In this document: in pieces, positions 54,721 to 64,000 of the stretch
Numbering within the stretch: the stretch's first letter is position 1
Layout: each line of letters begins with the position of its first letter
NCBI RefSeq assembly: GCF_006345805.1
Contig: NC_043004.1
Location: 65,100,001-65,164,000, forward strand
Direction: 5' to 3'
Source: Octopus sinensis
Lineage: Eukaryota
DNA: 64,000 nt
Translations under genes and position numbers: made by a program
Notes under the pieces: generated by a model
What the model saw: the letters and a program-made list of their open reading frames with translations, nothing else
Databases searched by the model: none
Told to the model about the DNA's origin: nothing

Positions 54721-55358
54721 ATACTCCAGCCCATTCAAGACACGTGCGATTTGAACTGAGGCACTCGCAGAGTGGGAGAGTCCGGAAGTGAACAATATTA
54801 AATTTATGTCTAATGTAGGATAAAATTTTTTGGAAATGTAAATATGGTTTCTTCTTTTTTGCTTGGACACTGGCTTTTAACTATAGGTTTCCTTTATCTG
54901 AAAAGTAATTTTTAATGAAAAAAATTTCTAAACGATGAACTTTTATCTTACCTTATATATTATATATTACTTATTTATATGCTTCCTATATATATGTATT
55001 TATATATATATTTTTTATATATCTATATATTTATATATAGATATATAATATATTTTTACGTATTTATTATTCCAGGTGTTGTAATGTTTTTAAAAATATA
55101 TATATTTCTTAATCGCTAAAGTATTAACTTTTAACCGTGTTGAACTGTATTCACACATTTTTCTTGCATTTTCCTTATATGCTTGTATTGATGAGTTGTG
55201 TTTCATCTTCCGTGATGTTATACATGTATATTCTATGTGAAAGAAAAAAGCATTTTGTGATTAAATGTTCGAGATACGAAATGCTACGTGGATGACCTCG
55301 TATTTGTTTGTTCTGCAACCATAGTTTAATATATATATATAAACCAATATATATATAT

Positions 55359-55394
<36 letters not shown>

Positions 55395-56006
55395 GATAAT
55401 ATAATAAATAATTAGGGAATAAATCCAAATTTACAGGAAAAAATCAGATTTAGGATTAAATCCAATTTTATAGTAAAATATTATATAATATTAATTCGAG
55501 ACAAAACCACTATTTTGCAAAACAAACAAGGAAAGACTTAATCAATACATAAAAATTTTAATATAAAGTAAATAAACCGCCACTACAATTGTTTCATGTC
55601 TTCAAATGACAATCGTCAGGTGGATTTCCGATCTAAAATATCAATATTTTAAAATATAAGTTTAAAATAATAAAATTATCAATGAAAAAATATAAATATA
55701 TATAATCTATATATAATCTATATATAATCTATATATAATCAATATATAATCTAAAATAAACCCTATAAACAATTGAATATAAAGAAACCTATTATTAAAG
55801 TTCTCATATTTAAATATGTACAAAAAACAAAAAACAAAAAACGATATTTTAAAATATTGATATTTTAGATCCGAAATCCACCTGACGAATGTCATTTGAA
55901 GACATGAAACAATTGTAGTGGCGGTTTATTTACTTTATATTAAAATTTTTATGTATTGATTAAGTCTTTCCTTGTTTGTTTTGCAAAATAGTGGTTTTGT
56001 CTCGAA

Positions 56007-56018
<12 letters not shown>
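55395..56018. mobile_element. Fold-back element with an HHR in each arm
   Basis: Arms about 55483-55657 / 55844-56018. The left arm extends about 90 nt further. (TA)n on both flanks. Confidence 0.85.
55878..55921 (+). ncRNA. Type-I hammerhead ribozyme, textbook minimal form
   Basis: CCAC-CTGACGA-ATGTC-ATTTGAA-GACAT-GAAA-CAATTG-TA-GTGG. All three helices pair and helix III is the palindrome ACAATTGT. A mirror copy is on the minus strand at 55580-55623. Confidence 0.88.
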
Positions 56019-56050
<32 letters not shown>

Positions 56051-56509
56051 CCAGATTACTTTCAGTTTCCGACTACCAAATCCACTCACATGAATTTGGT
56101 CAGCCCGAGTCTATAGTGGAAGTCACTTTCCCAAGATACCACACAGTAAGACTGAACCCGGAACCATGTGGTTGGGAAGCAAGCTAATCGCCACACAGCT
56201 ACGCCTGCGTCTAGTTCATTGATTCCTAAGTATTTATACGTGTGTTCTGTTTAATTCCCTAATCTGTGTTTCTTATCCATTATGATATTAGTGCTCTTAA
56301 TTACTTTTCCTGTCTTTTATGTTGCATTGTTTTAATTAATCTGTAATTGCCAAGTTTGCATTATTTTTTTTTATTTTACTTTTGTTACATTTCCAACGTA
56401 ATTCCTGAAGCAAATTTGCTTTGATCTCTTCTCTCGTTTCAAAATAGTCACCTTTCAAGCTGGATCTCTTTGTAAACAAAAAGATAGACGCAGCAGCAAA
56501 CTTCGGAGT

Positions 56510-56675
56510 GTAGTGTGGGTTGGCTATGTGGTAAGTAGCGTGCTTACGAACTACATGGTTCCAGGTTCAGTTCCACTGCGTGGCACCTTGGGTAAGTGTC
56601 TTCCTCTATAGCCTCGGTCTGACCAAAGCCTTGTGAGGTGATTTGGTAGACGGAAACTGAAAGAAGCCCGTCGTA

Positions 56676-56708
<33 letters not shown>

Positions 56709-56890
56709 GTATATGTGTGTATATGTTTGAGTGTCTGTGTTCGTACCCCCAACATCGCTTGGCAACCAACGATGGTTTGTTTACGTCCCCGTAACTTAGC
56801 GGTGCAAAAGAGACCGATTTGGGGGCGATTTACTCGACTAAAGGGGTGCTCCAGCATAGCCGCAGTCAAATGACTGAAACAAGTAAAAGA
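56510..56890 (+). mobile_element. SINE family A, full length with internal deletion
   Basis: Head and tail motifs present. Confidence 0.88.
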
Positions 56891-56922
56891 GAGAGAATGA
56901 TATATACATATATGTATGTGTT

Positions 56923-56957
<35 letters not shown>

Positions 56958-57059
56958 AATGTGAGGATAAAATTATTCTCGAAAAAAAAAAATTTTCTCG
57001 AAAAAATTTTTATCAATGGCCAGCATATTAAAAAATACCTTTAACGGTTAAATTTATAA

Positions 57060-57365
57060 ACAATTCGTAAATGAGGGCAAAGGAAAAAAATTCTAATGCC
57101 AAATATGCCGAAAAATTGGACATATTGTCCATTAACCATGTAATTTTTCCTACAGTACGCACGCTACTCGAAAAAAGGCTGACAGAAATTTCTAAAAAAT
57201 TCCATTATTACCATATCGGACCGATTTCAGAGTTAGCTACTAAGAGCCCTCTCTTCGTCAGTGATACATGTGGCAAAAGAAATAAATGAGATACTTACTC
57301 GCACCCATGGAAGAAGCAAATACTAAGTCATGGGCACAACTAAGTACCCCAAATACATCCAAGAT
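57060..57365 (-). repeat. ~300-bp interspersed repeat carrying an HHR (copy 2)
   Basis: Co-linear with 54418-54720. Confidence 0.8.
57214..57266 (-). ncRNA. Type-I hammerhead motif
   Basis: Minus strand reads TATCA-CTGACGA-AGAG...CTCT-GAAA-TCGG-TC-CGATA. The paralogue at 54565-54618 has GTAA in place of GAAA. Confidence 0.65.
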
Positions 57366-58297
57366 AAATTCCATTTATGAATTATATATATATATATATT
57401 ACATGTGTTTGTGTGTATCACGTATATAATCCTTTCTACCAAAGGCACACATGGCCTGATATTTTCGGGGAGAAGAATAGTCGATTACGTCGACCCTAGT
57501 GTTTTACTGGTACATAATTTATCAAGCCCGGAAAGATGAAAAGCAAAGTCGACCTCGGCGGGATTTGAAGTCAGAAAGTGAAGACTGAGAAAATCCCTAT
57601 TTCTTTACTTACCCCCAAGGTGCCAAACACAGAGGGGACAAACAAGGACAGACAAACGGATTAAGTCGATTATATCGACTCCAGTGCTTAATTGGTACTT
57701 ATTTAATCGACCCCGATTTTTTAATCCACTCACAAATCTTTGGTCGGACCGAGGCTATAGTAGAAGACACTTGCCTAAGGTGCCACGTGGTGGGACTGAA
57801 CACGGAACCATGCGGTTCATAAGCAAGCTACGTACCACACAGCCACTCATACATACATACATACAATACATACATACATACATACATACATATGCACATA
57901 TATACGTACATATATAATACATGTTGTAGAATGTGCATTTTTCACTTTACGCATTGGGCAAATTCAGTGAATAAAAGATGTCCTATATGGTCAATTTTTG
58001 TGTTAGAAATAACAACTAAAGCCTTCGTAAACTTGATTACAAAAACGGATAATCTGAGGAGCACAATCCTGCGTATAAAAAACGTATCGAAATGACGATA
58101 ACCTAAATGCCTTTCATCATAGGTGTGTTTGATTAAGGCAGACCTCGACTTTCAGAACGACAACAACAACCACATACATAAAATCCTAAATAAGTTTCCT
58201 TGTTCGGTTGTGAATTTTTTATAATCATTTCATCATTGCTTCATTTTTGTCATCATCATAACCACTACTACTACCACCACACCACCACCACCACCAA

Positions 58298-58379
<82 letters not shown>

Positions 58380-58414
58380 ACTACTGCGGCGGGTGCTGCC
58401 ACCACCACCACTAC

Positions 58415-58463
<49 letters not shown>

Positions 58464-58844
58464 TAGCAGCACGAACATGAAACAACAATCGATGACATCA
58501 TTTCTCTCCTACGTACGTCCATATCGCTTCCGACTCTCCTCCTCCGCTTCATCACTTCAGCAAATCCACCATGTTGTAATTGCTTGCTGCATTTGTCAAT
58601 GTAAGGAAACGATCAATCACATTGTTTTTTGTTCTGGTTACCTGTTCTACTTTGGTTTCAAAAGGAACACAACACGCTGCCCAGCCAGGACTCAGGTAAG
58701 AAGTATATGGGACATTGATCTATATTGGCGAGCGACACGATTACAACGAGCGGACATTTTCATTTCAATGTCTAATAAGTTTCCCTACATGCATGCATGC
58801 ATACATACATGTATATATGCGTATATATATATATATATACAAAC

Positions 58845-58885
<41 letters not shown>

Positions 58886-58904
58886 ACACACACACACACA
58901 CATA

Positions 58905-59073
58905 TATAGGCGCAGGAGTGGCTGTGTGGTAAGTAGCTTGCTTGCCAACCACATGGTTCCGGATTCGGTCCCACTGCGTGGCACCTTGGGCAGGCGTCTT
59001 CTACTATAGCATGGGGCCGACCAAAGCCTTGTGAGTGGATTTGGTAGACGGAAACTGAAAGAAGCCCGTCGTA

Positions 59074-59117
<44 letters not shown>

Positions 59118-59560
59118 ATGTTACATTACTCGGTAGTCAAGATAAAACTCTGAGTTTCAGATGCCGAAGAGTTTTATCTTGACTACCGAGTAATGTAACA
59201 TATTGTATAGATAAATTTCCTCTATTTACATAATATTGAGGTCTCTTCTTTCTTTTGTTATCTTACCGTTTTATCAATATTATATATATATATTATATAA
59301 TATTATTATATATATATATATATTATATATATTATATATGCGTGTGTGTGTTTGTGTGTCTGTTGTTTGTCCCCCTAGCATTGCTTGACAACCGATGTTG
59401 GTGTGTTTACTCCCCCGTCACTTAGCAGTTCGGCAAGACAAAACCGATAGAATTAGTACTGGACTTACAAAAGAATAAGTCCCGAGGTTGAGTTGCTCGA
59501 TTAAAGGCGGTGCTCCAGCATGGCCGCAGTCAAATGACTGAAACAAGTAAAACAGTGAAG
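58905..59560 (+). mobile_element. SINE family A split by a mini-PLE insertion
   Basis: 5' half at 58905-59075 and 3' half at 59340-59560. Confidence 0.88.
59111..59280. mobile_element. Miniature fold-back derivative of the PLE at 20223-22358
   Basis: Same sequence and same two outer termini as the large PLE (TATACAATATG... and ...TTTTATCAATAT), with the interior deleted. It sits in (TA)n. Confidence 0.9.
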
Positions 59561-59566
59561 AGTAAT

Positions 59567-59608
<42 letters not shown>

Positions 59609-59721
59609 GTTCATCTGTGTATATGTATACATGCCTGTACATATGTACACGTAACTACATGTGGATTGTTGACGATTTTTTTCTACCATTTTCCTTTTGT
59701 CTTGGAATTTCCTCAGTCTTC

Positions 59722-59757
59722 TGTTTCTGAAGAAGTGTTTGCTCGAAGTGTAAAACA
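59722..59757 (+). ncRNA. Degenerate minimal hammerhead relic
   Basis: TGTTT-CTGAAGA-A-GTGTTT-GCTC-GAAG-TG-TA-AAACA. Stem I is intact, but GAAA and helix III are mutated. Confidence 0.35.
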
Positions 59758-59854
59758 CCTTTGCATGTAGCACGTCCTCGCGTTTTTTTCTTGCTGTGTT
59801 TTTCTCTTTTTTTTTTGGGGGGGGGAGTGGGGATTACGTATACATGTATATTAT

Positions 59855-59931
<77 letters not shown>

Positions 59932-60097
59932 CTTAGCTAACAAGCTAACAAACTTTTTTAAAAACCTTTTATGAAACTGTGCATCATTAGAGAACTTTTG
60001 AAGTCTGCTTACAATCTAACTTTGCTTTTATAGAACTCTCTTCGATACTTTATGAGTGTAGCCTCAACACCTAGGATGTTGGGAAACTCATATGTGT

Positions 60098-60186
60098 TTT
60101 GGCTGATGAATACGGGACACTTGTATTTGCTGCAATATTTGCAGCTTTTAATAAAGCTGTTCTTCATATGAAACAATTGTACTGAA
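60098..60186 (+). ncRNA. Type-I hammerhead motif with a long stem II
   Basis: TTTGG-CTGATGA-ATACG...CATAT-GAAA-CAATTG-TA-CTGAA. Helix III is the palindrome ACAATTGT. The host segment (about 59930-60210) is TA-flanked. Confidence 0.65.
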
Positions 60187-60219
60187 CAACAAATCCATTC
60201 TTGTTGCTTTTTTCTTGTT

Positions 60220-60286
<67 letters not shown>

Positions 60287-60311
60287 TGCATATATATATT
60301 TAAATATACAC

Positions 60312-60353
<42 letters not shown>

Positions 60354-60376
60354 TATATATATACGTATAGACATGC

Positions 60377-60409
<33 letters not shown>

Positions 60410-60665
60410 ATATACTATGCATATATGAATACATATATATATATTATATATATATATGTATGTATGTATGCATATTTGTATATATACATGTGTCTGTGTA
60501 TATGGTTCTCCATTCATATTTGTTCGTTTTCTGTACATCCGTCTATGTAAACATATGCAGGTGCACAAATAAGCAATATGCAATCCCATGTTCATACATA
60601 TACATCATCTACGTGTGCATATTTGTGCGTATATATACTTGTGAGTATGTGCGTGCAGAGAGAGT

Positions 60666-60724
<59 letters not shown>

Positions 60725-62429
60725 ATATGCTTTTCTAATCAGGGCACAAGGCCCGAAATTTTTTAGGAGGGTCCAGTCGATTTGATCGACCCCAGTAAGC
60801 AACTGGTACTTAATTTATCGACCCCGAAAGGATGAAAGGTAAAGTCGACCTCGGCGGAATTTGAACTCAGAACGTAAATACAAATGAAACACCCCTAAGA
60901 ATTTCGCCCGGCGTGCTAACGTTTCTGACAGCCCGCCGCCTCAGAGGGAAGCTCTATTGAGATATCTATCTCGATCTACATATGTGTACATATCTCTCTA
61001 GGCTCATAAACACAGGGATATATAATTGTGTGCGTATCCGTGTATGTAAGCGTATGTGTATATGTGTATGAATGCTTGTGTCCGTATGTGTGTGTGTTTG
61101 TGTTTATGTGTGTGTACTTTTGTGCAGGTATATGTGTGTTCGTGGAAACGACAGGTGTACTACACAGTGATAGTTTTATATAAAATCTATGACAAACTTA
61201 GGAGCATGTATTTTTAGTAGATTCAGACTTTTACGATCACTAGGAAAAAAATGTAGTCACCGTCGTTTAATGACGTTTTTTTTTTTTCTCTTGCTCTGTT
61301 CACAACAAGGGAGATAGGTTGTGGCAGAAACAAAATCAATATAGTCGCGCGCACTCTCGTACTTTGCTGCTTCTGAATAGATTTCATGAATCCATTTTGA
61401 CGAAATGCAATGTTTATTGCTCCAAATATTGCTTTCGCCGCATCTGGTGATTGTCTTTGGTGGGTTTATTATCGTTGAGTCGAATACTTACGGACAAGTG
61501 GAATATCCATAAAGATTCAATAAAGTTGAATATCTCATGACATGGGTGTCACTGATATATTTGATCTGAAAAAAAATCGATTGTTCCATTACACTGTATA
61601 ACAATTTTGTCTTCTCTTTGGTTAGTAAGTGTTATTTACTATTTGCTTCTGTCTAGAAATCAGAGAAAATGATTAATATTCCCAACAAACTTTGCTTTTG
61701 TGACCTTGACATCTGTTTAAAACTGAAAATATTTTCCATTACATTTCAGACAGATTCAGCGCTGAGTTGCTGAAGCAGAAATATCGTTATAGGAAATATT
61801 CTGTTGAATACCACAAATGTGTGTGTCAGTTGATTGAACTTAACCACTTGAGCAAGTTTCGGATCATTCGCAGGAGTAATGGAGAAGCATCATAGTTATT
61901 TGTTGAGGGATTCTTTGGGGTTGGATGAATGTAACCAAAGAAAAGTTTGATGAAAATATTAGAAATTTTTCATAGTTTCTTGGGGTAAGCAAATGGAAAT
62001 AACAGTTGCTACCCAAACACAAAAATCGTGTTACACAGGGTCATTCGTTTCCGGCTAATGAAGCGACTAGCAGTCATTTTAATGGGCCATCTTGATCGTA
62101 GAATTACCGTCACATGCCATCTTAATATTTAAAGTTAGTTGGAGATATTTATATCTCAGAAGATATAAATATTTATATGTCAAAGGGGCCTGGTAGAATA
62201 CCTACTAGACTTAAATTCTAAGGTCAATACGGTATCCTAGAATGGCCGCAGTCCAATGTTTGAAACAAATAGAAAGTAAAAGTAATAATAGACGCCACTA
62301 CATCACCAATGTCTAATGACTGAACCAAGTGAAAGTATAAAATGAAAAGGTGAAACATGCGTGTGTGAAAAGATCATATTCCTCCGCCCAAAATATTTTC
62401 CAGTTTCAAATGAACTTCAATCAGTTTAA

Positions 62430-62620
62430 ATTGGTATATTCAAACACTGGTATGACAATGGTCTGAAAGAGATTGGTGATTGTTTGTGTAGAACGTCGAG
62501 TCTTTGGAAAAAGACGGAGTTAAATGAATCAGTTACGACAAGAAAGAATGAATAATCTACCATAGAAAGTTGGCGAACATTTTGTGACAGGTTACCCCAT
62601 GATGAGCATAAATTTGAATT
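62430..62620 (-). pseudogene. Possible CR1/L2-like RT relic
   Basis: Decayed frame ending TITNLFQTIVIPVFEY, resembling LY.T.VRP.LEY. Multiple stops. Confidence 0.35.
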
Positions 62621-63262
62621 ATGTATCACGGAGAAAACCCAGACAAAGAATTCATTCAACCAATTCAATGGGACATTTCTGCATAAACAAATTGCTGTAG
62701 AGGAGGCCAACAAGACTAATATTTTATGCAATCTAACTGGCATTATTTTATTTTAGGATGAAAGTTGTGGAGGCTAGCATTCTATAGTACATTTCGTTAG
62801 ATTTGCGATTTTCATAATGGTAACTTCCTTGTGAGAGTTGAATCTCTTTTTATTGGGATCTCGCTCTTGTAATCCAACTCGAGAAGATCAAGAAAGGTCA
62901 AGGAAACGATAAAAGGTCACAAGCACATAATTTAGCGGCAGAATCGCGAAATGAATTTATTACTCTTCGTATATCTTCGCAGAGACTAATTTTGAGATAT
63001 ACAATCACTGAAAGATCAAAGTCGAAAATGCTATTATCCAATAATAATTGGCGCAATACTCGATTCTAAACATATCGAACAGACAACAATAATGATATAT
63101 AATTTTCAAATTATAGATTGTGAGAGACTTGTCTGTAGTGGAAACTTCTGAGAAAACGGAAAACAGACTCTGACATTAAAAATCTGATTAAGGAATTAGG
63201 AAGTAAAAACGGCATTTTCTTGGAAGCTTTCAAGAGTCAAAAATAGCAATGATATTTTAAAT

Positions 63263-63557
63263 GGCACTCCGTCGGTTACGATAACGAAACTTCCAGTTAA
63301 TCCGATCAACGGAACAGACAGCTCCTGAAACTAATGCTCACGTGTACCCTTAAGGTAGTTCTCAGGGAGATTCAGCATGAAGCAGAATAGGACAATGTTG
63401 GCCATTTGAAGTTCAGGTACTATTCATTTTTGCCAGCTGAGTGGATTGGAGCAACGTGAAATAAAGTATCTTGCTCAAAGGGATAACACGTCATCAAGAA
63501 TCGAACTCCCGACCTTACGATCATGAGCCAAATACTATAACCGCTAAGTCACATGCC
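63263..63557 (-). mobile_element. tRNA-derived SINE (head like 29378, tail like 10524)
   Basis: The minus-strand head and TTGAGCAAGATACTTTATTTCACGTTGC match the 29378 element. The tail GTAACCGACGGAGTGCC matches the 10524 element. Confidence 0.8.
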
Positions 63558-64000
63558 TTCACATCAAAGGTTCTAATACAGCGGTAAAATAGTGAACGTG
63601 TGCGGCACTCATTCAACAAAAAGCATGAAACAGTTATCTTTTTTTTTCATAATAACTGAAAGTGTCTACAATATCTTTTTTAACGTTAAAAGAATAAGAA
63701 ATTTCTCTGATACACACAGGCTGTCAATCATTGAGCCATTTATCAAATGCCCGGTGGCCTGGCCTGAAGCGATTGTGCGAAATAATTTGCATCAAATCGC
63801 AATGATATGAATTTCGGCATGCGATTTCTTCTGAAACTTAATTTGATGTCTAAAAAAAAGCCAGAAGTGTAGTAAGCGGTGCTCTTGAATGAATGCCCTC
63901 TTTCATACACATGTTTATTCCAGTTAACATTTTGTCACACTGTATTATGCAAGAGATGTCAATATTGATATTGCAGTGGGTAACACTGAAAAACGTCATT

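Overview
AT-rich, microsatellite-saturated eukaryotic non-coding DNA. The SINE families resemble those I recall from octopus/coleoid genomes (inference, not a database result). No host protein-coding gene can be confidently identified, and nearly all listed ORFs are microsatellite translations. The window is a mosaic of tRNA-derived SINEs (at least three families), decayed DNA transposons (mariner, Tc1-like, hAT Buster/Charlie), LINE fragments (RTE-like, and RLE-type R4/R2-like), a ~3.65-kb (AAT)n-based satellite, and one 5'-truncated Penelope-like element (PLE; RT + GIY-YIG, 20223-22358) with an inverted terminal segment. The most striking unannotated signal is about 20 type-I hammerhead-ribozyme (HHR) or HHR-like motifs read by eye. 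Most have a short palindromic helix III, and they include non-canonical cores (CUGUNGA, CCGANGA, UUGAAAA). They sit in many unrelated short elements that share the PLE architecture: asymmetric fold-back inverted repeats inserted into (TA)n. One element contains a 592-nt cleavage-site-to-cleavage-site unit resembling a retrozyme. Another couples a tRNA-like Pol III head to an HHR-bearing tail. Scattered 1-bp indels in the repeats suggest residual long-read errors, so single-base calls need read-level confirmation.
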